A stretch of DNA of 64,000 nt from contig OZ024766.1 of the NCBI GenBank assembly GCA_964016885.1, forward strand, positions 14,818,001 through 14,882,000, given 5' to 3'. The notes beneath the pieces are model-generated. The model was not told where the DNA came from, made no database searches, and saw only the letters and a program-made list of their open reading frames with translations. Shown here in pieces: positions 28,065 through 41,633 of this stretch. A program made the position numbers and the translations under genes. Position 1 is the first letter of the stretch; every line of letters starts with the position of its first letter. The stretch comes from Eledone cirrhosa. Taxonomy: Eukaryota.

Positions 28065-28975
28065 CCAGACCAGGATACTGGAATAGCCTAGCACCCTCAT
28101 CTAGGAACATCAACTGATACATCAGTAAGGACCAGTGATGGTGAGGCTGAGATGCTGAAAGAGCCAAGCACCTTCACCGAGGAGCATCAAGTGACACATC
28201 AGTAAAGCATGGTGATGGTGAAACTAAGATACTGCAATAGCCAAGTACCCTCACCTATGAGTATCAACTGATATATCAATAAAGCATGGTGATGGTGAGG
28301 CTGAGATACTGGAATAGCCAAGCACCTTTACATAAGAGCACCATGAGATACATCAGTGAAGCCAAGTGATGGTGAGACTGAGATACTGGAATAACCAAGT
28401 TCTCTCACCAGGGAATATCAACTGGTATGACCGTAAGGCCTGGTGATGGTGAGGCTGAGATGCTGGAATAGCCAAGCACCTTTACATAAGAGCACCATGA
28501 GATACATCAGTAAAGCCAGGTGATGGTGAGACTGAGATACTGGAATAACCAAGCTCTCTCACCAGGGAGTATCAACTGGTATGACCGTAAGGCCTGGTGA
28601 TGGTGAGGCTGAGATGCTGGAATAGCCAAGCACCTTTACATAAGAGCACCATGAGATACATCAGTAAAGCCAGGTGATGGTGAGACTGAGATACTGGAAT
28701 AACCAAGCTCTCTCACCAGGGAGTATCAACTGGTATGACCGTAAGGCCTGGTGATGGTGAGGCTGAGATGCTGGAATAGCCAAGCACCTTTACATAAGAG
28801 CACCATGAGATACATCAGTAAAGCCAGGTGATGGTGAGACTGAGATACTGGAATAACCAAGCTCTCTCACCAGGGAGTATCAACTGGTAAGACCGTAAGG
28901 CCTGGTGATGGTGAGGCTGAGATGCTGGAATAGCCAAGCAGCCTCACCACCAGGAACATCACCTGATACATTGGT
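28065..28975. repeat. 77-bp monomer satellite with a 154-bp dimeric higher-order repeat
   Basis: GGTGATGGTGAG recurs every 77 bp (28442, 28519, 28596..), alternating A and B variants. Confidence 0.9.
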
Positions 28976-29083
28976 AAGTGAAGCCACCAACAAGAACAAG
29001 AGCCTAATTGTCAATGGCTACCAACTCCCCCATGAAAGTATGAAATGAATCAAACAGAATAGAAATAATTGTTGTAAACTTAC

Positions 29084-29169
29084 TGTGAAACAGCTTCATG
29101 TAGTGTTATGTTACCAGTTCTGTCATCCTTTAGCTGTAAACTAGCTGCTGCTCCACTTAATTTCTCCAT
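29084..29169 (-). CDS. Ankyrin/RING-like/Death-domain gene, coding exon 1 (MEKLSGAAASLQLKDDRTGNITLHEAVS..)
   Basis: ATG at 29169 is preceded by acceptor TAACAG (exon starts 29174). Donor CA|GTAAGT at 29083, phase 2, joins the next exon in frame. Starts ankyrin repeat 1 (GNITLHEAV). Confidence 0.8.
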
Positions 29170-29384
29170 TTTAGCTGTTAATATATATATATTTATATAT
29201 ATACACACACATGTATGCATATACATATGCGAGTGTGGTTTATTAAACGTAACTTAACGTTAAAAGCTTAAATGTAAGATTTTTGCCTATGAAAATTAAT
29301 CTAAAAAAAGTGGACACCATTGCCTATGTGACTTAAACTCACATTTGCCTTATACAGGACATCTGTGCTTACCAGTTGCAATCA

Positions 29385-29425
<41 letters not shown>

Positions 29426-29949
29426 TACACTCCCGTCCCACTAACCCCACCTCCACCGCCATCTACACCACCCCTTTGATGTAAAGCTATGTTTGTACCA
29501 CAACATCCAGTCCTAAATAAATGAGGTTGTGTAGTTGTCACGACAAAAAAACACAGTCCACACTGTAATGTGGCCGTGTAGGTAACACGGTAAAAACCAC
29601 CCAGTTCCACACTGTAAACGTAGTTGGTGTTAGGAAGGGTACCCAGCCATAGAAAACCCGCCAGACAGTCCTGAGCAAGACAACCAACCTCGCCTCAAGT
29701 GGGACAATTCCCGTCCAGACCCATGCTAGCATGGAAAATGGACGTTAAACGATGATGATGATTATGATATATATATATATGGGTGTGTATGTGTATGTAT
29801 GTGTGTATATATATATGTGTATGTATGTGTATATATATATGTGTATGTATGTATGTTGATATCTGTTTGTATGTAGTATATATGGACTGTAGATATATTT
29901 ACATATAGGGAAGTGAATATGTGAGCCAGCATGTCCCCCCCACCCTTCC

Positions 29950-30200
29950 TGTCCCAAACCAATATCAACAACACATCTTTGACCAAACTTCCCAAACTAT
30001 CCTTCTTTTCTCTTTTACCTGTCATCCCATTCTTATCAAAAGACATGTATCTTACACCTCATTAAAACCCAGACAAGCACCTAAATTCATCTTTGATATA
30101 GAAATTTGTAGAAGATATTCTTTATGGATTTGGAAGAGTTGATTCAGCTATGCCATTATATACTCATCAAAGGTCAGCTAATGAAATAAAACCAGCAGGA
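29950..30200 (+). mobile_element. Degenerate Penelope-like RT thumb-region remnant
   Basis: LLFSFTCHPILIKRHVSY resembles the PLE YL.F.SCHP..K..IPY motif. Confidence 0.4.
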
Positions 30201-31317
30201 GAGTATGTTTACAACTACCTTCTCAAACACCCTTATCTTACAACCTCACCATTTTCTGAGTGTATATATGTGTGTGTATGAGTGTATGTGTGTGTGTGTA
30301 TGCTTTAATTCCTATGGACCTTCATCATCATCAACACTCATTAACACCACATGCCAACCCCAGACACATCCAAATCTCTCTCTTATATATAGTCACACAT
30401 TTCAACACAACCTGATCTCAGTTTGACAATCTCCACAGACAGAAGAATGCGAGAAAGTTCTCCAACCCAAGTTAACCAGGAATCTATAAAATTCTTCCCA
30501 CCAAAGTTAAAGAACTTACTGGATCTATCAACTCATAATATTATAATATTATAAAAATTAAATCAAACATGTTTTAACACTACAAATGAGATCATTCTTT
30601 TCCTTTTTTTCAAATATACCTAACTGTACCAAGGATCTCACACATTTTCCAATATATATATAAATATATATATACACATACAAGGGTGAGTCAAAATATA
30701 ATGCAATTTTTGTCATAGAAAACATACTTCGGCACTGGGCATATCAAAAGATCGAAATAATGGAGGTAAACTTTGTTCCATCATTATCTTTTCCTGCTTA
30801 TTTCAAGATTTAGTTCTATTAAAATGTCCAAATGTCAATACTTCCAGCTACGATATAATGGACGCTATATCACATCGCTTATATTTCCATCACTAATTTT
30901 CTCCTTTTTCGTTTTCATAAAATTTCACCATGATGCAGTTTATATATAATATCATCTTTTTTAAATGTATCATGGATTACTTTACTGATTACAGAAGAAA
31001 GTGTAACACACTCTCTTCAATTTCTGTGGATATTGTCAATTACAATTTTATTTGAGGTATCATATCTACATGTATGTATATTTGTGTATAATATCTATAT
31101 ACACACTACACATGCCAGCAGAAAACCAACCGAAGGGTGTATATAACAGCAACAACAACAAAACAAGACAAAGATTACCAGGTAACTTACTTTTTCGTCT
31201 ATTTTACATTGTTTAGTCTTATATCACTTTCCACATTTTACGTATGTGTGTGTATTTATATATATATATATATGCTGTGGTTATCCCGATCTCACTCGGG
31301 ATCTCTCACACACACAC

Positions 31318-32322
31318 ATGCTAACTTAAAGAATGCCACGGTACTAAAGTACACAGATGACATCAAGCTGTACCTTGAGATAAAAAGGACAGATCCTGAA
31401 CACTATAGATCTTGCTTGCAGTCTGACCTGGACACAATGCAACAATGGATCTCAGACTGGCAACTCAAGCTAGCTGTGGACAAGTGCACCACCATACATT
31501 TTGGGAGTAAAAACCCAGCGTCCACATACTCCCTCCACAGCACTAATATCAAGAAGTCTTCTTGTGAACGTGACCTGGGCATTACGGTCAGCAGCGATTT
31601 GCGTTGGACGAAGCACATCTGTAAAATTGTCAAGAGCGTCAAGGGTGTCTTAGCATCACTCAGCAAGACCTTTGTCAGCCGTTCTCCAGATATCTATTTA
31701 AGGCTGTACATGGCTATGGTGCGGCCACACTTAGAATTTGCATCACCAGTCTGGAACCCCTATCTTGCTCAGAACATTGACCGCCTGGAAACTGTTCAGA
31801 GACGTGCAACCAAGCGAATACCCTCCATCAGGCATCTACCTTACATTGAGCGCCTTGCTTCCCTGGGCATGGATACATTGAAGCTCCGACGCCTGGCAAC
31901 TGACTTGATACACACCCACAAAATTGTTAACCATCTTTCCAACAACAACCCTGAGTACCTTTTTGATTTCCATGTGTCTAACACACGTGGACATGCCCAT
32001 AAAGTCAGAAAACTGCACAGTTCCCAAGACTTTCGGAAACATTTTTTCACGCTCAGAGTTGCTGAAGCATGGAACAAACTACCTGCATCAGTTGTTAGCT
32101 GTCGAGACACTGCAACCTTTAAGGCCTCCATGCTTCCCGAGATCCGCAAACACTACAGCTAATGTTCCCCCTCCATACACATACACACATGTATACCATG
32201 ACTCATACCCTATTCACTTCCCTGACATTTGTGTATTATTCTATGTACTATACATACACCTTTTACGAGTTGTAGTGCACTTGAGCACTTTACACAATAA
32301 TTTCATTATTATTATTATTATT
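31318..32322 (+). mobile_element. CR1-clade LINE 3' fragment, same family as the 57.6-60.0 kb copy
   Basis: ORF 31137-32162 matches from ANLKNATVLKYTDD to PEIRKHYS. Ends in an (ATT)n tail. Confidence 0.9.
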
Positions 32323-32466
32323 TTATATATATGTATGTTTGTTTCATCTCTGACACACACACACATATATATATATATGTATGTTTGTCTCAGGTTCAAT
32401 CAGAGGTAACCACAGTAAGTACGGTGCTCAATACATAGCAGAGTATGAATATTTAATATAGAAATG

Positions 32467-32515
32467 GCTTCTACAGGACTAGAACTGTTTCAGTCAGGAG
32501 AAATCATCAGGAAGC
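32467..32515 (-). ncRNA. Type I hammerhead motif, same family as 53.8 kb
   Basis: GCTTC-CTGATGA-tttctcctgact-GAAA-CAG ttctagtc CTG-TA-GAAGC. Stem I covaries with the 53.8 kb copy; stem II is weak. Confidence 0.6.
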
Positions 32516-32591
32516 TTCCTGGTGATTTCTCCCGAATCAAACAAGTCTAGTCCTGTAGAAGCCATGTCTATATTAAATATAAATATATATA

Positions 32592-32958
32592 TATCATCAT
32601 CATCATTTTACGTCCACTTTTCCCTGCTTGCAAGGGTGGGATGGGTCCTATTCAGCACAGCATCTCTCCACTTGTCACGGTCCTTCGTCATCTCCTCCGT
32701 GAGATTCAGCGATCTGAGGTCTGCTCTCACCACCTCCCCTCATGTTTTTTGTGGTCTTCCTCTACTGTGTCTTCCTTCTATTAGGATCTCTTGGCACTTC
32801 TTTACTCAGCGGTCATCTACCATGAGCATCACATGTCCATACTATCTCAGTCTCTTCTCCTGCACACCACAACTTATCCCTCTTATACTCAGTTTCTCTC
32901 TCAACTCATCTATGCTTGGTCGTTCACGCACATTGACATTGCACATCCAATGGAGCAT
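32592..32958 (-). mobile_element. RTE LINE 3' fragment, same subfamily as 11768-12140
   Basis: Clear match (CAGCGATCTGAGGTCTGCTCTCACCACCTC). Confidence 0.8.
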
Positions 32959-33117
32959 ACATATATATATATATATATATAATATTAATTTGAGTATTTT
33001 TGGGGTAATTAGCGACACTTCAGTATGCAGGGTAGAGCACTATATGCGACCAGTGCTTTGAGAAAACAACACCATACTTCGAGATGGGGCATATCAAAAT
33101 ATCAGAAGTAAGCTTTA

Positions 33118-34720
33118 CTTCATCTAGCTGTCTGGTGTGGTCATCTAGCTGTCTGGTGTGGTCATCTAGCTATCTGGTGTGGTCATCTAGCTGTCTGGTG
33201 TGGTCATCTAGCTGTCTGATGTGGTCATCTAGCTATCTGGTGTGGTCATCTAGCTGTCTGATATGGTCATCTAGCTGTCTGGTGTGGTCATCTAGCTGTC
33301 TGGTGTGGTCATCTAACTGTCTTATGTGGTCATCTAGCTGTCTGATGTGGTCATCTAGCTGTCTGGTGTGGTCATCTAGCTGTCTGATATGGTCATCTAG
33401 CTGTCTGGTGTGGTCATCTAGCTGTCTGGTGTGGTCATCTAGCTGTCTGGTGTGGTCATCTAGCTGTCTGATGTGGTCATCTAGCTGTCTGGTGTGGTCA
33501 TCTAGCTGTCTCATGTGGTCATCTAGCTGTCTGGTGTGGTCATCTAGCTGTCTGGTGTGGTCATCTAACTGTCTGATGTGGTCATCTAGCTGTCTGGTGT
33601 GGTCATCTAGCTGTCTGGTGTGGTCATCTAGCTGTCTGGTGTGGTCATCTAGCTGTCTGGTGTGGTCATTTAGTTGTCTCATGTGGTCATCTAGCTGTCT
33701 GTTGTGGTCATCTAGCTGTCTGGTGTGGTTATCTAGCTGTCTGGTGTGGTCATCTAGCTGTCTGATGTGGTCATCTAGCTGTCTGTTGTGGTCATCTAGC
33801 TGTCTGTTGTGGTCATCTAGCTGTCTGTTGTGGTCATCTAGCTGTCTGGTGTGGTCATCTAGCTGTCTGATGTGGTCACCTAGCCATCTGATGTGGTCAT
33901 CTAGCTGTCTGATGTGGTCATCTAGGTGTCTGATGTGGTCATCTAGGTGTCTGATGTGGTCATCTAGCTGTCTGATGTGGTCATTTAGCTGTCTGGTGTG
34001 GTCATCTAGCTGTCTGTTGTGGTCATCTAGCTGTCTCGTGTGGTCATCTAGCTGTCTGATGTGGTCATCTAGCTGTCTGGTGTGGTCATTTAGCTGTCTG
34101 GTGTGGTCATCTAGCTGTCTCGTGTGGTCATCTAGCTGTCTGATGTGGTCATCTAGCTGTCTGGTGTGGCCATCTAGCTGTCTGATGTGGTCATCTAGCT
34201 GTCTGATGTGGTCATTTAGCTGTCTGATGTGGTCACCTATCTGTCTGATGTGGTCACCTAGCTGTCTGATGTGGTCATCTAGCTGTCTGGTGTGGTCATC
34301 TAGCTGTCTGATGTGGTCACCTATCTGTCTGATGTGGTCATCTAGCTGTCTGATGTGGTCATCTAGCTGTCTGGTGTGGTCATCTAGCTGTCTGATGTGG
34401 TCACCTATCTGTCTGATGTGGTCACCTATCTGTCTGATGTGGTCACCTAGCTGTCTGATGTGGTCATCTAGCTGTCTGGTGTGGTCATCTAACTGTCTGA
34501 TGTGGTCATCTAGCTGTCTGATGTGGTCATCTAGCTGTCTGATGTGGTCATCTAGCTGTCTGGTGTGGTCATCTAGCTGTCTGATGTGGTCATCTAGCTG
34601 TCTGATGTGGTCATCTAGCTGTCTGGTGTGGTCATCTAGCTGTCTGGTGTGGTCATCTAGCTGTCAGATGTGGTCATCTAGCTGTCAGGTGTGGTCATCT
34701 AGCTGTCTGATGTGGTCATT
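33118..34720. repeat. 21-bp minisatellite TGTGGTCATCTAGCTGTCTGR
   Basis: Seen directly. It produces the WSSSCLV artefact ORF. Confidence 0.97.
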
Positions 34721-36986
34721 GTTGTTATATAATCGTTTGCGGTACAGTTACGTCCCTTTACGGACTGAGCTCAAATCCCGCCGAGGTAAACTTTGCCTTA
34801 CGCGGTCGATAAAATAAAGTACCAGTAATACACTGGAATTATTGCAGGCCTTGTGCCAAAAGTAGAAACAATTATATATATAACAGTGAATATGAATAAA
34901 CAAAGTTAATTTTAGCCTGTTGACTTACACTTGTTGTTTTATATATATACTAGACCTCCAGTGACCTGTTGGGTCACGTACACTTAAATATAATTTTTAC
35001 TTAATTAAAATATACACAGACATGTATATATACACAGACATGTATATATATATAGGAAAATGTATGACCCCGACGGCAGAGCTCAAGCCGTTTCGACGGT
35101 TATTTCTGGACTAAATTTAGTCCAGAAATAGACGTTGAAACGGCTTGAGCTCTGCCGTCGGGGTCATACATCTTCCTATTACCCACTCTACTACCCTAAG
35201 TATTGAGTACTCTGGTGCATTATGGTCCATCTGGTTCCTTACTACAACTCCTTCGTTATAAATATATATATGTGTGTATATATAAGTGTGTGTGTGTGTG
35301 GGTGTCTGTGACCTCTATACACTGGTTACAGACAGACACACACACACACATATATATATATATACACACACTTAGAAACTCTTCCTATTCAGCAAGAGAC
35401 AGTAATGTTGTAATTCAATTCTTTGAAGTCTCTGGTTATAAATTCATTCAACAACACCACCAGCTCTCTCTCTTCCATCCTCTGTCTCCTCTCCCTCTCT
35501 CTATGTCTCTCGTTCAATCTACTCTTTCACAACCACTATCTCTTTCTATCTTTCTCACTCTCTATTTATGAAGGTACGCTGAAAAACTCCGTATCTCGGG
35601 AACCTGTGCTCCAATTTATGTGAAACTTGTTTTATTACATTTGTATTCCCATTTCAGGGCCAACTTCCTTTCAAACTATTTTCCCATTATGTGCCCTTTT
35701 GGTTGTATTACATTACACTAGCAGAAAAACCACACTTCAGGTAGTTTTCTGCTAGCATGTGTAGTGTGTATATTGATATTATATGCAGGTATATATATAC
35801 ATGTAGATATGATACATCAAATAAAATCATAATTGACAATATATAATACATAGAAATTGAACGAAGACTGCGTTACACTGTCTTATGTAATAAGTAACGT
35901 AATCCATGATACATTAAAAAAGACGATATTATATATAAACTGCGTTAGGAGAAAATTAGTGACGGAAAATTAGTATGTTTATTTTAGCGATGGCCAACAG
36001 GAAGTGTTGACATTTGAAAATTTTAAAGAAGTGAATCTTTAAATAAACAAAATATATTTAATGAATAGCCACGAAATTTAGTAGATAAATTATGTAATAT
36101 TCATTCATTATTTATTCAAGGTAACCCAACTTATTTTACAAACGGGATAAAACTAAAAAAATCGTACGCAATCCCGCAGGCCTTCCTTATAGTTTAGATT
36201 ACAGATAAGCAAGCAATAACAGAGTTTTAGTAGTAGATAGATAGATAGATAGATATCTTTATCTGCCACAGGGGTGCACAAAAATGGGACATTACAAGAC
36301 GTGACGGCGGGGATTTTACATAAAAATCATATAACTTTAACATTAATAAATAACAATAAACTATATATAATAAAATAACAATTGAAATCCCCAATAGGGG
36401 GGAACGTTACTACAGGGTTGTTTTACACCCCATGGATAGAACAACCCTCAACACCAGGAACACGTTTTGTAGGTGTTCCCGTCTTCCCTCTGTTTATCTT
36501 CCTCAACCTACAGGTTTATATCACTCGGGACATTTTCGCCACATTCACTCATCTTTCAGCGAATTTACTGAGGTGAGATAGATAGACAGATAGATATATA
36601 GATAGATGTATTGTTTCTACTTTTGGCACAAGGCCAGCAATTACCCTAGTGCATTGCTGGTGCTTTATTCTATCGATTCCGTAAGGATGAAAGGCAAAAT
36701 TAACCTTGGCGGGGTTTTAACTCAAACCATAAAGGGTTGTAACTCTATGCCTCACAGCATGGCGTCCGACTCTCTACAAATACTGCCAATCCACTGCCCT
36801 TTTCTATCTACAGGAAGTGTTCCATCCCCAAGCCTTAATAGATTCAGGGTGAACAGCTCTGATTGTTCACCTCTACCAAGGTCTGCCCTCATCTTTGTAG
36901 AGAGTTCAAAGTGTTGAATTTTTTCAAACAGGCTCAGATTTCATCACTTATTTCCTTTTGGAATGACAGGGAGGGTTTGTCTAGAA

Positions 36987-38273
36987 CACAGGTTCTCAAC
37001 CCATTTAGGCCAAACGCCCCCTTTTGTCCCTCGAAACCACGGAACGCCCCCCAACACCATATTGTTTCACTTTTTCAATATACTACTGATTTTTATATCA
37101 GTAGATTACTAAAAAATTGATTAACAATATTCCAAACATGTGTGTATTATCTGATTATGTGTTGTATGTGGTCCTAGATGTATGTATTATCTGATTATGT
37201 GTTGTATGTGGTCCTAGATGTGTGTATTATCTGATTATGTGTTGTATGTGGTCCTAGATGTGTGTATTATCTGATTATGTGTTGTATGTGGTCCTAGATG
37301 TGTGTATTATCTGATATGTTGTATGTGGTCCTAGATGTGTATATTATCTGATTATGTGTTGTTTGTGGTCCTAGATGTGTGTATTATCTGATTATGTGTT
37401 GTATGTGGTCCTAGATGTGTGTATTATCTGATTATGTGTTGTATGTGGTCCTAGATGTGTGTATTATCTGATTATGTGTTGTATGTGGTCCTACATGTGT
37501 GTATTATCTGATTATGTGTTGTATGTGGTCCTAGATGTGTGTATTATCTGATTATGTGTTGTATGTAGTCCTAGATGTGTGTATTATCTGATTATGTGTT
37601 GTATGTGGTCCTAGATGTGTGTATTATCTGATTATGTGTTGTATGTGGTCCTAGATGTGTGTATTATCTGATTATGTGTTGTATGTGGTCCTAGATGTGT
37701 GTATTATCTGATTATGTGTTGTATGTGGTCCTAGATGTGTGTATTATCTGATTATGTGTTGTATGTGGTCCTAGATGTGTGTATTATCTGATTATGTGTT
37801 GTAAGTGGTCCTAGATGTGTGTTCTACTCGCTTCTGTTTTTTTCTTTTCTTTTTTTTTATTTGTAATATTATTTATACAATAGGGAATAAAATGGATCTA
37901 CATAGTGTTAACTCGTTACGGTTGAGTCAATAATTTCAGACAAGATTCTAACTGTCTGCGCTCAAAGTGTCTTTGACCCAGTTGACTGTGGGTTTTTCCA
38001 TTTTTAGGATCTCAATTACCGGTTAACGTCTCAATTACCGGACATGCCTGCACACCTGCTCACAGCTGCAGACAGCATACCTATAGTCTGACCGCAGGTG
38101 TGCAGGCATGTCCGGTAATTGAGACGTTAACCGGTAATTGAGATCCTAAAATTTGGAAAAAACCAACGCCCCCACCCCCCTCCCACACCTACAAACGCCC
38201 CCCCCCCCTCCTAACGCGACCTTGCTCCAAAACGCCCCCCGGGGGTGCATATGCCCCCCGTTGAGAAGCTTTG
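36987..38273. mobile_element. hAT (Charlie-like) non-autonomous element carrying a minisatellite and a palindrome
   Basis: TIRs CACAGGTTCTCAAC / GTTGAGAAGCTTTG and an exact 8-bp TSD GTCTAGAA (36979-36986, 38274-38281). Confidence 0.85.
37138..37823. repeat. 40-bp minisatellite inside the hAT element
   Basis: ATGTGTGTATTATCTGATTATGTGTTGTATGTGGTCCTAG in ~17 copies. Confidence 0.95.
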
Positions 38274-38299
38274 GTCTAGAATGTCCTCCACTTCCTCTT

Positions 38300-38768
38300 C
38301 CCACTACTGCTGCTACTACCATTACTACTACCACTACCATTACTACTACTACTACAACTACTACTACTACTACTGCTACCACTACTACTACCACTACTAC
38401 TACTACCACTACTGCTGCTACCACCATTACTATTACCACTACCATTACTACTACAACTACTACTACTGCTACCACTACTACTACCACTACTACCACTACT
38501 GCTGCTACCACCATTACTACTACTACCACCACCACTACTGCTGCTACTACCACCATTACTACTACAAGTGCTACCACTACCACTACTACTGCTACTACCA
38601 CCATCATTACTACTACTACTACAACTACTACTACTACTACCACTACTACCACTACTGCTGCTACCACCACCATTACTACTACTACCACTACTACTACTAC
38701 TACTAACACCACTACCACCATCGCTACCACTATCACCACTACAACTACTACTACTACCAACACAACTA

Positions 38769-38804
<36 letters not shown>

Positions 38805-39925
38805 ACACCACTACCAGCTAAACTACCCCCACCACCACTACTACTACTAACACCACAACCACCATCGCTACCACTATCACCACTACAACTACTACTACTA
38901 CCAACACCATTACTACCACTATCACCACTACAACTACTACTACTACCAACACAACTACTACTACTACTACTACTACTACTAACACCACTACCAGCTAAAC
39001 TACCCCCACCACCACTACTACTACTAACACCACAACCACCATCGCTACCACTATCACCACTACAACTACTACTACTACCAACACAACTACTACCACTACT
39101 ACCACTATCACCACCACTACCAGCTAAACTACCCCCACCACCACTACTACTACCACTTCTACCAATACTATTACTACTATAAATACTACTACCACCACTA
39201 CCAACACCATGCCCACTGCCACCACCATCACCACCACCAGCTAAACTACCACACCCACCACCACTGCCACCACCACTACCACCACCACTGCCACCACCAC
39301 TACCATTATCACCACCACCACACCCACTACCATCACCACCTTCTACCATTATCACCACCACCACCTCCACTGCCACCACCATCACCACCACCACCACTAC
39401 CATCACCACCACCACCACTGCCACCACCACTACCACCACCACCACACACAACCATCACCACTGCCACCACCACTACCATTATCACCACCACCACACCCAC
39501 TACCATCACCACCTTCTACCATTATCACCACCACCACCTCCACTGCCACCACCATCACCACCACCACCACTACCATCACCACCACCACCACTGCCACCAC
39601 CACTATCACCACCACCTTCTACAATTATCACCACACCACCACTGCCACCACCACTACCATTATCACCACCACCACACCCACAACCATCACCACTATCACC
39701 ACCACCATCACCACCTTTTACCATTATCACCACCACCACACCCACAACCACCACCTCCACTGCCACCAACACTACTATTATCACCACCATCACCACCACC
39801 ACCACCTCCACCACCACTATCACCACCACCACACCCACCACTATCACCACCACCTTCTACCATTACCACCACCACCACCACCACTGCCACCACCACTACC
39901 ATTATCACCACCACCACCTCCACCA
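38300..39925. repeat. Degenerate (ACT)n to (ACC)n trinucleotide tract
   Basis: Seen directly. Confidence 0.95.
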
Positions 39926-41010
39926 GAATTCTGTGTTTGGGTGTGTACTTCCCCACCATCTGTTTATGGAGGGAGAATATACTGACCAATCAAAATCTTG
40001 TAAATTCCATATTATGTGAGATAATTATGTGAGAAAAAGCCTTCACCATGAAAATATAATAGTAATGTAAATGCTAAAGGGTTAATGCTATCGTTAATAT
40101 TAATTATCATTAGAAAATAAAATTACAGATCAAAATTTATAAATTTAAAACTTCAAAAATCTAAAAATTTAAACATTTCAAATTTCAAAAATTAAAAGTC
40201 AGAAAACCATAGCTTTAAATTGTATTCTCCCTTTGCGGTTATTGGTCGGTATATTATCCCGCCATAAATGGGAGGTGGACACACACACACCCAAACACAG
40301 AATTCTGCCGAACACCGAAGCTAGCAGTAAACAACAAATCTGTGGCTGATTTGAACTCTCTGTGACCGTATCATATTGCCAGCTAAGATGGTGGGGGACT
40401 GGTGGCTGAGAGGTTGTCCTACTGGACTCAGGGGCCCTATCCACCCCAGCATTTTACATCATGGACTGGGTGGTTTTATTGTACCACCAGCACTAGAGAG
40501 GTTGTCTTACTGGACTCAGGGGCCCTATCCACCCCACCATTTTACATCATGGACTGGGTGGTTTTATTGTGCCACCAGCACTTGAGAGGTTGTCTTACTG
40601 GACTCAGAGCTCTTCTTCAATCCATAGTTTAGCATGCTTTTTAATAACTGAATGCTACTACAACACACCGAAACACAGAATTCTGCCGAACACCGAAGCT
40701 AGCAGTAAACAACAAATCTGTGGCTGAATTGAACTCTCTGTGACCGTATCATATTGGCAGCTAAGATGGTGTGGGGCTGGTGGCTGGGGTGAATCACCTA
40801 TGGTAGTAGTAATCTGGGTGGTGGTTAAGTGGTCAACTTCCCGCACCTCTGTGTCTATGCTGAGCTGCGGGAAGTCCTGAACTTCACAAGGGAGCTGACA
40901 ACCCCAGCAAAAACAATAATTTTTTTTTAGTCCACTCCCTAGCACCCAGGACTGCCTCTGAAACGTAACATTTTACTCAATTTTGCTTCGTTTGGAACTG
41001 GTAAAATCTT

Positions 41011-41061
<51 letters not shown>

Positions 41062-41459
41062 TACATAGTAAAACCTACTCCAGCCAGTAGGCATCTCTAA
41101 CAAAATACACCCCGTCCCACCACCCCCACCCCCACCCCATCCACACCACCCCGTTTTATGTAAAGTTATGTTGGTGCCGCGCCATCCAGGCCGAAATAAA
41201 TGAGATCGTGTAGGTGTCACGACAAAAAAAACACACAGTCCACGCTGTAATGTGGCCGTGTAGGCAACACGGTAAAAACCTCCCAGACCCACACTGTAAA
41301 TGTGGTTGGTTTTAGGAAGGGCATCGAACTGTAGAAAACCTGCCAGACAGTCCTATGCGAGCAAGACAATCACTCTTGCCTCAAGTGGGACTACCCCCGT
41401 CCAAACCCATGCAAGCGTGGAACACGGACGTTAAACGTTGATGATGATGATGATGATGA

Positions 41460-41527
<68 letters not shown>

Positions 41528-41633
41528 GGAACCAGTAAGACCCCGACAGCTGAGCTCAAGCCGTTTCGACGGCTAATTCTGGAGTACTTTGGTGCGTTAT
41601 GGTCCACCTGGTTCCTTACCACATTTCCTTCGT

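Noticed and set aside
11094-29169. Naming the gene MIB1/MIB2, IkB or NF-kB
   Set aside because: It lacks MIB-HERC2/ZZ and Rel domains, and orthology cannot be established without searches.
33084-34817. 577-aa WSSSCLV repeat ORF and its antisense RQLDDHT heptad ORF
   Set aside because: A 21-bp minisatellite that is stop-free by chance, with no splice or domain context.
38146-39989. Mucin-like poly-Thr and Gly/Ser ORFs
   Set aside because: Trinucleotide tract with no codon diversity or gene context.
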